From assembly GCA_951406725.2 (NCBI GenBank), contig OX597843.1:7192001-7256000 (forward strand): a stretch of DNA of 64,000 nucleotides, given 5' to 3'. Below the pieces are notes generated by a model, which searched no databases, was not told where the DNA came from, and saw only the letters and a program-made list of their open reading frames with translations. Numbering within the stretch: position 1 is the stretch's first letter; every line of letters starts with the position of its first letter. The stretch is from Octopus vulgaris (taxonomy: Eukaryota). A program made the position numbers and the translations under genes. Positions 27,310 through 41,489 of this stretch are shown here, piece by piece.

Positions 27310-28063
27310 TCACCTTTCACTTAACGCATGCGCATCCCAAACTTGCCATTCACTTTAAAAAGAAACCGGTTTCCTGTTTGCATGTGATATGCAACGACTA
27401 TCAATAAAGCGCAAGGGCAGACTCTTGATAAAGTGTAGCTGTTCTTGCCTGAACCTGCATTCGGTCATGGTCTGCTATATGTTGCATTCTCAAGGGCTCA
27501 CACAAATTATCTGATGTGAGAGTTAAAGTTATCAACACTGACAAACGAGAGAAAAGAAGAGGAAGAACTTACACGAAGAACATCGTCTGCAAAGAAATAT
27601 TGGATTGAAAGGTGTACTGGCTCTGAACCATCTCCTTATCAGTTACCAACGATGTGGCTTTCAGAGTATGTCATGTTGCATTAAATTTTTACCCTCGTGC
27701 AACTGTGACCCCTATAGTTTACTTATAAAATAATATTCTTTTGCTATAAGATTTTTGCTTTCTAGATATGAAATTGGGACCATGTAAATTTTAAAGTGTA
27801 ACTTTTTCCCTTTATGGAAAAATAACAGTGAATATTTTACATATTACAAAAGAAAAGGAAGAGGAAAAAATTGCCAACGAAGCATGCATATAAGTAATCA
27901 TCGTATTCTAATTTCTTTCACTTTTCAACGAGTAACAGATGAACGACTGTCTTTTGATACGGACACAACACAGGCTGCGCTTTCTGTTTTTTTGGATAAA
28001 GTCTTCTGGAATAACCCAATAGGTTTGCTATTGATTCCGTGAAATATACACGGGTCCCACTAG
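27310..28063 (+). mobile_element. Helitron 3' remnant with terminal hairpin and CTAG
   Basis: CCGTG-AAATATA-CACGG hairpin at 28037-28053, CTAG at 28060-28063 followed by T. The 5' boundary is uncertain. Confidence 0.8.
27337..27608 (+). pseudogene. Helitron Rep/Hel PIF1-helicase C-terminal fragment
   Basis: PNLPFTLKRNRFPVCM*YATTINKAQGQTLDKV*LFLPEPAFGHGLLYVAFSRA..[frameshift]..TYTKNIVCKEILD*, matching helicase motifs V/VI and the typical Helitron C-terminus. Confidence 0.9.
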
Positions 28064-28071
28064 TAATAATA

Positions 28072-28300
28072 ATCCTTTCTGCTATAGACACAATGCCTGA
28101 AATTCGGGGGAGGGGTATAAGCGATTACATCCACCCCATTGCAAAACTGGTACTTAATATATCGACCACGAAAGGATGAAAGGCAAAGTCGACCTAAGCG
28201 GAATTCGAACTCAGAACGTGAAAACCACCCTCGTACATCCTGAGTTCAAATTCTACCGAGCTTGACTTTGGCTTTCATCCTCCCGGGGTCAATAAAATAA
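28072..28300. mobile_element. Two SINE B fragments in opposite orientation
   Basis: Minus copy at 28072-28222 and plus copy at 28240-28300. Confidence 0.7.
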
Positions 28301-28352
28301 TGTATTCTTCCTTGTTGTTGCTTATCCCCAGCTCAGTCCCGATCCAGCAGAC

Positions 28353-28544
28353 CTATGATCAAAGACGTTCCATCTGCGACCATCCTGTTTTTTATTCAGA
28401 TATAATGTATCTAGGACTACATTATCTAATGTGTCCTTCCTACTTGGTGTTTTTCAAGAAGGACACATTAGATAATGTAGTCCTAGATACACTATGTCTG
28501 AATAAAAGACAGGATGGTCACAGCTAGATTGTCTTTGATCATAG
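28353..28544. repeat. Inverted repeat (~87-bp arms, 18-nt spacer) of the 130-bp family
   Basis: 28353-28439 is the reverse complement of 28458-28544. Confidence 0.85.
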
Positions 28545-28886
28545 CATAAACAACAATACCAACAACAACGGCGTTATTTGAAACCAATATCGCGTGCACG
28601 ATTTATCTGCCAAGAGCGGCACCTAAGGTCGACCCCAGTTGAACGCTTGTTGGCTAACGTCGAGGGGAGGGCTCGAACCTTTTGTGCAGCTGGTTTGCAA
28701 GTCACGCACCAACTGTTGATTCATCTGTTTGTTAGTCGAAGAGGGGAGGGGATTGAAGTGTTTGAAGAAAGAACAGATGGAAGCTGGTTAAATATTTGGG
28801 GACATAAGAACTGTGTTCGGAAAAATTCTGGAAGATGGTGGATGGTGGAATGGTGGCGGTTAGTGAAAAAGGAGTGGGAAGATTGC

Positions 28887-28950
<64 letters not shown>

Positions 28951-29062
28951 GCCCTCCGTTTGTCTACCTGTCCATCCATCTAGCTAGCTATCTGTCTGTC
29001 TGTTTATGTATGTATGTATGTATGTATGTATGTATGTATGTATGTATCTATCTATCTATTTA

Positions 29063-29119
<57 letters not shown>

Positions 29120-29158
29120 TTATTTATTTATCTATATTATCCATCCATCCATCCATCC

Positions 29159-29220
<62 letters not shown>

Positions 29221-29304
29221 TTATCTAGATATCATCTATCTAACGATCTGTCTGACTGTCTATCTATGTATCTATGTATCTACCTATCTATCTATGTATC
29301 TATG

Positions 29305-29397
<93 letters not shown>

Positions 29398-29513
29398 GTC
29401 TGTCTACCTATCTATCTATTCCTCCGTTCGTCTATTTATCTATCTATTTATATGTTTATCTATCTCTCTATTTGTCTGTGTCCTTAATTCATGAGCTTAT
29501 ATATCTAGATATC

Positions 29514-29570
<57 letters not shown>

Positions 29571-30025
29571 TCTTTTATTCGTTTATCCGTTACTGGGTTG
29601 TCATTAGACTTCGGTCATGCTGACGAAACATCTTGAACAATTTTACTCGAACGAATCGACATCAATACTTAATGTTTGTAAAGAGTGATATTTATTGTAT
29701 CACTCTCTTCTGTCAAGCCGCTAAGTTACGAGGTCATAAACAATCCAACACTGTTTCTAAGGCGGCGGGTGAGGACAGATATATCTAAGGGATTTTTACC
29801 CCCTGCAAATCCCAAATTTTATTTTACTTTGCTGGAGCAACTGTTTTCTCGAAGACACATTTTGTCCTAATTGCTCGAAATAAACAGCCGACAACTGATG
29901 AAGGGTCGTTCTTTATGTTACTTCTCTAGCTTTCCATTTGTTTCTTTCGTTGTTCGCAAAAAAGTTCGTATTACATGTTTCGTATTTCGTATTTCACGTT
30001 GTTTACTTTTTATGATGTACTGTAT

Positions 30026-30104
<79 letters not shown>

Positions 30105-30164
30105 TGCGTGCGTGTATGTGAATGTATATATACATACACATACATATATGTACATGTATGTATG

Positions 30165-30217
<53 letters not shown>

Positions 30218-31183
30218 ATATAATTGAACGCCACACGTCCATTTACAAGTAAGTTTATCTTAATAATTTTGATCCAACTCTCTATGCTGTTGTCCTCTCT
30301 CTCCGCTTTCGTTTCATCTCTCTCTAATTCTTTTTATCTTCCCTTTTTCCGTTTTCGCTTTTTTTCTCTCTCTCATCCTTTTTCTAATAATTTTCCTCTC
30401 CCCTACACCGTTCTGTATCTGTCCCTCTCTTTCTTTTTCACTCTTCCTCCTTTACACTCACGTTGCTCACACGGGACCGTCGGCCAACTTTCTTTCCTAA
30501 CTTGAGCTTCTTTCTTTCTTTTTGATCTTCCTCACGGATCACACGCATTCTTTTCTCTCTCTCCTATCTTTTCTTCTGCCAAAGCTTGTTCCTCCAGCGT
30601 TCGCCACCTCACCTCTGTATGGCTTAGCAGCCCTTGCTGTTTGTTTTCACTGTCCTGTTTTTGTTACCAACTTTTACCCTCCGCAAATAACTATTAATAT
30701 CTAGTCCTGCTGCCGTAGTCTCCTTTAGAGAGATTTAGAAATATTAATATTTCCATTTTTGAAAACAAGTAGATGTGTTTTACTGAATATAGGTAAATAA
30801 ACATTCGAACAGTCAGCAGCGACGCCTGGTGGGTTCGGATATTTCACATTGATAAGGGTTAAACACCCCGAAACTTGTCTGTGGTGTTTGAACTAGCAAG
30901 AAGAAGCTGCTGACCTCCCCTGTTCGAAGGTTGTAATGGACAGAGGTTTGTGTGGTACATAGCTTTCTAGAAGCTATGGCCTCTTGGAGCTAGTCAACGG
31001 CAGCATTCGTTCTATTTTCCTGGACTGCCATATTAACTTGGCAAGATATATATATATATGTTATATATATATAATATAAAATAATATATATATATATAAC
31101 ATAATATATATATATGTAATATATATAATATATATAAAATAGAATATATATATATGTAATATATATATATATATATGTATATA

Positions 31184-31282
<99 letters not shown>

Positions 31283-31318
31283 GTATATATATATATATTT
31301 ATATATATATACATATAT

Positions 31319-31353
<35 letters not shown>

Positions 31354-31733
31354 ACTTATAGATGTATACGTTTATATAGACATGAATATGAAAAGTACAC
31401 ATGTATATATGACATAGATCCAGAGGAGATTATCCACACACACACACACACACACACACACGTACACCCTAACGTATGTGTGTGTGTGTATGTATACACA
31501 TACATATATAACCCTAACCCTAACCCTAACACATACACAAACACGCGCACACACACACATATATATAGAGAGTGAGAGAGAGACAGAGAAAAAGAGAGAG
31601 AAAATGTAGGTGTGGTTGCGTGGTAACAATTTTTCTCTCCAGCAACACGTTTCCGAGTTCTGTCCCACAGAGTTCCGGTTTAAATATGTGTGTGTGTGTG
31701 TGCATTTATGTATATATATGTATGTGTATACAT

Positions 31734-31766
<33 letters not shown>

Positions 31767-32029
31767 GCTTGATAGATACATAAATATCGGCAGATGTGGA
31801 TGTACCGATGCATCTAATATATGTTTATGTGTGTGTACGTGTGCGTGTGTATGTATTTGTGGGTGTGCGCGCGCCCTCACGTGCGTATATGTGTGCGTGC
31901 GCGCGCGCGTTTATGTATGTATGTGTTGTAATATCCAGATAGAACATGTAACTGGAGTTTGTCCAGGTTGCTATGGAAACCGGTAAATTTCCACATCCCG
32001 CTGCTCCTCCCCCCTCCCTCTCCCTTCTC

Positions 32030-32066
<37 letters not shown>

Positions 32067-32516
32067 CTCATCCATTTATCACCTGTTGTTACAGCTGTTC
32101 AATTGTGGCTAATTTGGTGGTGGTGGTCGTGGTGGTGGTGGCTAATTTGTGTGTGGTGGGGTTGATATGATGACGGTCGTGAAGGCTATTGTCACCGTGG
32201 TAATAGCAGTAGTAGTACTAGTGGTTGTGGTGGTAGTGGTGATGGTAGTTATTGTTGTCATCGTGGTAGTAATAGTGATCGTGGTGGTGTTTGTTTTGTG
32301 GTGGTTGTTGTTGTTGTGGTGGTGGTGGTGGTGGTTGTGTCCATCACTACGACTACCACCAATACTAACGCCTGCACTACAATCGTCTATACTACTACAG
32401 CTACACACGCCGCCACCACTACAGGTACTACAAAAATATTACTCTGTCTTACCTAATTTTGCACTATCAATACAACTGCCTCTTGTTATATACCACCTGC
32501 CGATGTATGTATAAAA

Positions 32517-32589
<73 letters not shown>

Positions 32590-32698
32590 CATATATACAC
32601 ACATATATATATACATATACATTCACGTCCACACATTATTCAAATCTCATAAAGACCCGAAGGTGATACATAGCAGTGTTTCTACACACACACACACA

Positions 32699-32773
<75 letters not shown>

Positions 32774-33471
32774 AGAGCGCTTGGCTTTGTGAGTAAATGC
32801 CTAAATGACAATCTGAATAAGATTGGGTTTTCCGGAAAACGAAATCGACCAAATGATTCGCACTTTACAAATACCATCTGTTAGCGGAACAGTAAAGATA
32901 TGCAAGACTTTGCTCAAGTTTAGAATGTGACGTTGTTTTCGTTCCTTATATTCCAACGATGGCGCTTTGGATCTTTGTTAGAAAACAGCTCGTTCTTCAA
33001 AGGAAGAATTTGAATAATTAAAAACAGACGAGAAGCATACATGCATGCATACATACACACACACATACATGCATACGTACATGCATAGATAATTACATAC
33101 ATACATACATGCATACATACATAAATACACACATACATAAATACATACATAAATACATACATACATGCATGTATGCATACATACATACATACATGCATAC
33201 ATACATGCATACATAGATAATTACATACATAAATACATACATACATGCATACATGCATGCATACGTAAATACACACATACATAAATAAATACATACATAA
33301 ATACATACATACATGCATGTGTGCATGCGTACATACATACATGCATACATACATACATGCATACATAGATAATTACATACATGCATACATGCATACATGC
33401 ATACATGCATGCATAAATAATTACATACATACATAAATACATACGTACATGCATACATACGTATAAATGTA

Positions 33472-33679
33472 TTCTTTATTCTCTTTTCCTTTTGTTTGCT
33501 TCAGTCAAATGACTGCGGCCATGCTGGAGCACTGCCTTTAGTCGAGCAAATCGAGCCAAGGACTTATTCTTTGTAAGCGTAGTAATTATTCTATCGATTT
33601 CTTTTGCCGAACCGCTACATTACGGACAAGTAAATACACCAACATCGGCTCTCAAGCGATGGCGGGGGCACAAAGACAG

Positions 33680-33680
<1 letters not shown>
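33472..33680 (-). mobile_element. SINE family A, 3' half
   Basis: Matches the family; a short continuation at 33922-33940 follows an inserted HHR element. Confidence 0.8.
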
Positions 33681-33720
<40 letters not shown>

Positions 33721-33739
33721 CACATATATATATATATAA

Positions 33740-33922
33740 GGGGATAATTCACAAAAAATAAAAGACGAAGACAGCTGGCGTAGACAACAAACAGATGTAT
33801 TAGTACGACGCTCGGGAAGTGAAAATGTCTTTAAAACGTTTCGAGCCTACGCTCTTCCACAGAAAGGAACACAGAAAGAAACAAGGAGAGAAAATAAAGA
33901 AGGTGTTGTGGCTAGCGATCTA
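33740..33922 (-). mobile_element. HHR element family H1
   Basis: CUGUGGA-A-GAGC(GUAG)GCUC-GAAACGU at 33829-33866. Confidence 0.65.
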
Positions 33923-34148
33923 TGACGGGCTTCTTTTAGTTCGAGAGATTTTCTTATGGTTCAGAAATAACTAGTTTTAACTGCTATTTCTAAATTTCGG
34001 TATTTGGTGAAGCAAATTTTTTGCTGAACTCCAATTATAGTTATACTAATAATTATAAAAAAATTTGTTTAAGTTTACCGATAATGTTTCTTTTAACATA
34101 CCGAACTACTTGATAAAATTTTTAATTATTTATCAATTCATTTTACCC

Positions 34149-34227
<79 letters not shown>

Positions 34228-34245
34228 GTAGTAGTAGTAGTAGTA

Positions 34246-34282
<37 letters not shown>

Positions 34283-34529
34283 TATATATTTATATATATA
34301 TATAGATATATATTTCTTTTACTTGTTTCTGTCATTTGACTGCGGTCATGCTGGAGCACCGCCTTTAGTTGAGCAAATCGACCCCGGGACTTATTCTTTG
34401 TAAGCTCAGTACTTATTCTATCGGTCTCTTTGACGATCATGAAATTAGCATCAGCTTATCTCACTCTTTCTCCCGGAACCCCAGCTGAGAAACGCTGGTG
34501 TATAGTGGACTCGTCTCAACAAGGGGAAC

Positions 34530-35660
34530 AGGTTTCAGCTGCGTGGGATCTCCTCGATCGTGTTGAGGAAGACGAAAACATTTTGAAAACAGTCATAACC
34601 GGTGACAAATTGTGTGTTTATGGCTATGGCACTGAAACCAAGGCAAAAATCGAATCCCACTTGAATGGAACAAAATTTTAAGACATTGAGGATATCCAAG
34701 AGAATGCAACAAGGCAGCGGCTTGCTATCTCAAAAAGGGAATTCCAGGAATGCTTCCATCAATGGATATGACCCTGGATAAAGTTTGTGGCCTCAGAAAG
34801 GTGCTACTTTGAAGGAGATTCAATGCTGAATTGATTTGTGTTGTAGCTTTCGTTTTAGGGTACCATTTGAGCGTGGCCATTGCCAGTACCGCCTGACTGG
34901 CCCTCGTGTCGGTGGCACATAAAAGCACCCACTACACTCTTGGAGTGGTTGGCGTTAGGAAGAGCATCCAACTTTAGAAACTCTGCCAGATCATATTGGA
35001 GCCTAGTGCAACCACCTGGCTCACCAGTCTTCAGTCAAACCGTCCAACCCATGCCAGCATGGAAAGCGGACGTTAAACGATGATGATGATAATGAAGATG
35101 AGTTCTGATACTTTTTGATAAGACTCTGCGCACTTTACCCTTTCATACAACTCTGGCATAACTGCGCTGATAGACAAATGGAGAGCGAGAAAGATAGCTT
35201 GGTGACACCTATGCTTTTTCCTCTTTTTTTTTTCTCTTCCCAAAAACGACATCGCACTTTGAAAAGAATGAGATTTCAAGACATTAAGGAAATTCAAGAT
35301 GGCAGCCCACTCTCCCAAAAAAGGAGTTCCAGGAATGCTTCCATCAACGGAAACAACCCTGGATAGAGTGTTGACTTCAGAAGGGGACTACTTTGAAGAA
35401 GATTAAGTGCTGAATTGATTCGTGCTTTAGCTTTCTTTTTATAGCATCGGTGCCGATATTTTTTTTACCAGACCTTGCAGACATTACCCTTTCGTACAAC
35501 CCCAAAATGAACGCACTGAGAGACAGACAGACAGACTGACTGACAGATAAACAGATGGAGAGAAAGAAAGATAGGCAGATAGCTTGGTGGTACCCGTACT
35601 TTTCCCTCTTTCCAAAAATTAAATCCCATTTGAAAGGAACAAGATTTCGAGATGTGAATA
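34530..35660 (+). pseudogene. Mariner transposase remnants; C-terminal part present three times, interrupted by SINE D (34862-35095)
   Basis: DLLDRVEEDENILKTVITGDKLCVYGYGTETK; LFPKIKSHLKGTRF; FQECF...YFEGD/YFEED. Confidence 0.75.
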
Positions 35661-35719
35661 AAATTCGTGTATATATATGAGTGTGTGTGTGTGTGTGTTT
35701 GTGTGTGTGTGTTTGTGTG

Positions 35720-35920
35720 TGTGTGTTTGTCTCCTGCAACATCGCTTGACAACCGATGCTGGTGTGTTTACGTCCCCGTAACTTAGCGGTTCGGCAAAAG
35801 ACCGATAGAATAAGTATCAGGCTTACAACAAATAAGTCCTGGGGTCGATTTGTTCGACTAAAGGCAGTGCTCCAGCATGACCGCAGTCAAATGACTGAAA
35901 AAAGGAAAAGAGTAAAAGAA
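35720..35920 (+). mobile_element. SINE family A, 3' half
   Basis: Matches the family. Confidence 0.8.
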
Positions 35921-36127
35921 CATACATATCGACACACACATACTCGTATTTACACACTCGAAAACACACACACACACACATATATGTATAATACATATAT
36001 ATGCGTGTACATATGTTTGTATATGTACACATATCCACACATATACAAGCATGTACACACACATGTACACACACATTTATACAAACGCATATACACACAC
36101 ATATATATATGCACAAACATATATTCA

Positions 36128-36181
<54 letters not shown>

Positions 36182-36561
36182 TTTGATCGACATCAACAGA
36201 TGTGTGATATTTAACTGACAATATACACCCTGTGCTTATTGTTAGATATAAACCCGACGACAGTAATCCCCCACCCCCACCCCTGCATACCCGAACACAC
36301 TACAATATCCACCCGTCATACACCTCACCCGACCAACACTTTTCGTTACTCTACACACCCGTATAGACACGTAAAGAAACCGTCACGTGTATACACCCGT
36401 ATTAATATATATGTATATACATGCCAGCGCTATACACCCCATCATTATACATCCCTGACGTATTAGTGTCCTTTGTATACATACCTGCATTCTTATACAC
36501 CATAAGTTGCACACATGTGCAGAGACATGCACTTTACACACACACACACACACACACATAA

Positions 36562-36996
36562 AGGCGAGTCTGTGTGGTAAGAAATTTGCTTCCCAACCAC
36601 ATTGTTCCGATTTCAGTCTCACTGCGTGACACCTTGGGCAAGTGTCTTCTACTATAGCCTTTTGCCGACCAAAGCCTTGTAAGTGGATTTGGTAGACGGA
36701 AACTGAAAGAAGCCCGTCGTATATATATATATATATGCGTGTGTGTGTGTGCGTGTGCCTTACTGTCTATGTTTGTCTATCCATCACCACTTGACGACCG
36801 GTGTGTCGGTGTGTTTACGTCCCCGTAACTTAGCAGGTCAGCAAAAGATACTGATAGAATAAGTACTAGCCTTTAAAAAAGAACAGTGTCGATTTGTTCG
36901 ACTAAAAGCCCTTCCAAGCGGTGCTCCAGCATGGCCGCAGTCAAATGACTGAAGCAAGTAAAAGAATAAAAGAATATATATATATACACATACATG

Positions 36997-37059
<63 letters not shown>

Positions 37060-37262
37060 TACTTGTTTCACCATAAAAACTTAGACTGCAGCCATGCTGG
37101 AGCACTGCTTGGAAGAATTTTAGTCGGACAAATCGACACTTTTTTTTTGTTTTTTAATCCGGGTAGTTATTGTATCGAATCTTTTTGCCGAACCGCTAAT
37201 GTTACGCGGACGTAAACACACCAACGCCGGTTGTCAAGTGGTGGTGCAGGGCAAACACAGAC
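36562..37262. mobile_element. SINE A full copy (+, 36562-36975) and SINE A 3' half (-, 37060-37262), tail to tail
   Basis: Both match the family. Confidence 0.8.
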
Positions 37263-37562
37263 AAAGACGTATACGGAACGGTCTGTGGAATCCCTCCATC
37301 CCTCTTCTCCCCCTCCCCCACCGCCCAATATTCCTGGGTGGATAGCAGAGTTAGAGTCCCCTGCATTTCCGTCATAGGATCCTATCAGAAGCAACCATCA
37401 TTACACTTGGATGACTGGATTCCCAAGCGTGACCAACCAACTGAGACTATGGATACTACCCAACGATCTCGTTCTTGGTCCACTCCTAGGTCCGCTACTG
37501 GTCAACTCGGTTTGAAAAATCTTATTTATGCCACTGAATTCTTCAAGTCTGCGGCATGAATA

Positions 37563-37865
37563 AGGCACATGGCCTAGTGGTTAGAGCAGCGGTCGAGGAA
37601 TCGCAGGTTCGAATCTTAGAGTGGGCGATGTTTGTGTTTATGAGTGAAGCACCGAAAAGCTCCACGCGGATCCGGCAGAAGGTAATGGCGAACTTCTGCT
37701 GACTCTTAAGCTACAACTTTCTCTCACTCTTTCCTCCTGCATCTTGCAGCTCACCTGCGACGGACCGGCATCCTGTCCAGGTGGGGAACCTATACGCCAA
37801 GGAAACCGGGAAACCGGCCCTTATGAGCTAGGCATGGCTCGAGAAGGAACAAAACAACAACAACA
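37563..37865 (+). mobile_element. tRNA-derived SINE, family E head with a different (V-domain-like) tail
   Basis: The head resembles 42791-42975; tail CCTGCGACGGACCGGCATCCTGTCCAGGTGGGG...(AAC)n. Confidence 0.7.
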
Positions 37866-38654
37866 TCAAGAAAGAACAAAACAACAACAATAACAAATAT
37901 TACAGATAACAAACTTTTGATTTAACACGTTAACTGTCACATTTATGACCGGCGGTTCATCGCAAACTTCACACAACCATCTTATGCACCACCGGTGGTA
38001 TGTTATTCATAATTTGAGAAAAAATTTTATTCTGTGTCTTTGATATCGTTCCGAGAATATTTAAATAACATCAGTGCTAAGTTCTTGTTTTCAAATTTTG
38101 GTACAAGGCCAGCAATTTTGGGGGCGGCAATTTGGCAAAAGCGTTAGCACGTCGGGCAAAATGCTTATTTATCACAAGGTCAGCAATTCCCTGCAGAAAT
38201 GGGTAATTTGATTACATTGACCCAAGTACTCGACTAGTATTTCATTTCAGCGCCCGACTCCCGCCCAACTTTTTTATCTTGTTGAAGGGAGACGGACTTA
38301 TTGTAATATCTTCGTGTTACTGTTTACTTGTTGTATGACCTAAACTTTTGGCATATTCCATTTGGAAGTTATGAGCATTACGTAACTCTGATCTTCTTGA
38401 AACAGATGTCGTGTAAAGAAATTATTTATTCTCTTCTTAGTATTCTGTATCTTCTATAGTCAATGTAAAAATATTTGTGTGTGTGTGTGTGTGTGTGTGT
38501 CTTTCTAAGTATTTATAGATACGTGCGTCTATGTATATGCATCTGTATACAGGTGTGTGTGTGTGTGTGTGCTTGTGTATGTATGCATACATGTGCCAAA
38601 CCAAATTGTGTTTATATGAATCACTACCACGTACTCTTTATCTCTCTTTCTCTT

Positions 38655-38690
<36 letters not shown>

Positions 38691-38709
38691 AATACACACA
38701 TACACGCGC

Positions 38710-38755
<46 letters not shown>

Positions 38756-38756
38756 G

Positions 38757-39674
38757 ATTTTGATTTTGATTTTTCCAATTTCGGCTCATGAGCTGTGGCC
38801 ATGCTGGGGCACCGCCATTTCGTTTGCTACATGATTTTACCTCACGAATGCTTTTTAGCAACTGCCATTTGGTGCATGAGAGAGTTCGATGCAACTGCCC
38901 TCATCTGCACCTCCTGCCGTGAAGTTGGTTCATCCGGGACACCTGACAGGAAGAGATCCAGTCCCACTTTAAAGACATCCGCATCTACACCATGCAGGTC
39001 CCTCAGGTTCTTCGGGAGGATATTGAAGAGCTGTGGGCCTCTGAAGCCCAGGCTATCACAGTATCTTGTCCTACATCTTGATGGCAAATTTGGAGTCCTT
39101 GGTACCACGCAGTGGCGCCCGGTTCTGGCATTTGTGTGACTCTCGATGCCAAAGTTTGGGACAAGTCCTTCCAGGATATTCCAGATATATATTATGGCAT
39201 ATCTTTCTCGCCTACGCTCCAAGGAATAGAGTTTTAATCTCTTGAGTCTTTCCCAGTAGCTTATATGCTGCACAGAGGCTATCTTCTTCGTGTAGCTTCG
39301 TTGGATCGCCTCAAGTTCTGTGATCAACTTGACACTGGATGGTGACCATAGCTGAGATCAATAGTCAAAGTGGCTTAGGACAAGTGTCTTCCAGAGGACC
39401 ATCATGGTTTATTGTTCTCTTGTTCTAAAGGTTCTAAGAATCCATCCGGCCAGCCGTCTACATTTCATTGCCAGTTTAGCAACATGTACATGAAAAGTCG
39501 CGTCATCACTCATGTGAATACCCATTGTGCCTCTGGGATTGCAATCCCTCCGGGTCCAGTGTATTCATTGGGTATTGCATTCAGTTTTGCATGCTGATAG
39601 CATAAAGCTTGAAACTTTTCAGCATTGAACTGCATGCTATTCTTTTCAGCCCACTTGTATATTTTGTCCAGCTC
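38757..39674 (-). mobile_element. 5'-truncated CR1/L2-group LINE (end of RT plus C-terminus)
   Basis: [22 protein letters not shown]...SQLWSP...LEAIQRSYTKKI..SYWERLKRLKLYSLERRRERY; stops and frameshifts; (AATCAA)n-like tail. Confidence 0.9.
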
Positions 39675-39809
<135 letters not shown>

Positions 39810-39877
39810 GTATATATGTATATATATGTATATATATTTACATATATATATGTATATATATATATATATATTTAATA

Positions 39878-40014
<137 letters not shown>

Positions 40015-40529
40015 GATAGATATGTATGAATATACATTCACATACACACACACAACAGCAATGTTTGCCAAAGCTAATTGCATCAAGACACATAAAAATG
40101 GCGGCGCAGAAGCATCCAGAAAGGAAAAGGACAAAGAAAGAAAGAAAGGAAAAGGACTAAGAAGGAAGGAGAGAAAGAAAAGGTGAAGCAACAACGCCAT
40201 CATTGACATGTTTTTGTAAAGAAACAATGAGAGCGTCAACATATCCAGTCGGTCTCATAGACTCATCTACTTGATGACAAAATATGGAAGCTTGGCTTCT
40301 CATTAAGGAAAAACAGCTGCCTGGTTTCTGTTCGGAATTATGAAAGAGGAGGGCATATTGATGCGTCGAAGCAATCGGGAGGTACAGCCATTGCTTCTTC
40401 TCTGTCAATATGTCTGTCTGTTCGAGATTTGTACAATGCGTTTGTTTTAATATATATAGCCGATATGTACACAACATGTCTCGCCGTTTTTCACTCTAAC
40501 ATGTTGTTTCATTGATTGTATAGCCAATG

Positions 40530-40720
40530 AACAGCTACACATTGTGTCTATCTGTGTAGACAACATCTACACACTGTGTCTCGCTGTCTGGTAAATATAA
40601 AAACGTTGTGTCCATCTATCAACTCGACATCTACACACTGTGTCCATCTATCTGATCAATATCAACATGCTGTGTCCATCTATCAACTAGACATCTACAC
40701 ACTGTGTCCATCTACCCATT
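40530..40720. repeat. Degenerate ~32-bp minisatellite
   Basis: CATCTACACACTGTGTCCATCTA recurs about five times. Confidence 0.7.
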
Positions 40721-40750
40721 CACCAAGCCAGGAACTTTCCAGCACCCACT

Positions 40751-40821
<71 letters not shown>

Positions 40822-40829
40822 TTATATAT

Positions 40830-41387
40830 ATTCTTTTTTCTCTGGTTTCAGCTCAGAGTTGCGGCCATGCTGATGCACCGCCGTTTTGTGCTACACTGTT
40901 ATTGAGAAGAACCTCGTCTAATATGTGGCACTTGGCGAAGAATGGAGTTTGATATAGCTACTCTCATTTGCACCTCTTGTCGTGAGATAGGTTCATCTGG
41001 GACTCTCGACAGGAGGAGGTCCAGCTTTGATTTAAAAACCGCTACATCTACTTTGTGCAAGTTCCTCAGACTCTTTGGGAGAATATTAAAAAGCTGTGGG
41101 CCCTTGAAACTCAGGCTGTTGCAGAAGCTGGTCCTGAAGCGTGATGGCATTGCTGGGATCTTTGGCACGACACAGTGTCGTCCCGTTCTAGCATTGGTGT
41201 AGCTTACAATGCCAAAATTTGGCACAATTCCTTCTAGGATCTTCCAGTCATATATTATTGCATACCTCTCCTGTCTTCTCTCCCGTCAGTGGAGTCTTAG
41301 CTGTTTCAACCTTTCCCAGTAGCTGAGCTGGTGCAAAGAGATGATCTTTGTGAATCTTCTCTGGATTGCTTCAAGGTCCGCTGTTAA

Positions 41388-41388
<1 letters not shown>
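40830..41388 (-). mobile_element. CR1/L2-group LINE 3' end, sister subfamily
   Basis: PNFGIVSYTNARTGRHCVVPKIP...KGPQLFNILPKSLRNL; same 3' tail motif. Confidence 0.85.
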
Positions 41389-41476
<88 letters not shown>

Positions 41477-41489
41477 GTATATAATGCGC

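Noticed and set aside
29825-29910. GAGCAA/TTGCTC-GAAA stem and a nearby CTGATGA
   Set aside because: The core halves are in the wrong order or deleted; no complete hammerhead could be built.
31509-31530. (TAACCC)3 telomere-like repeat
   Set aside because: Only about three units inside a microsatellite mosaic; not a telomere.
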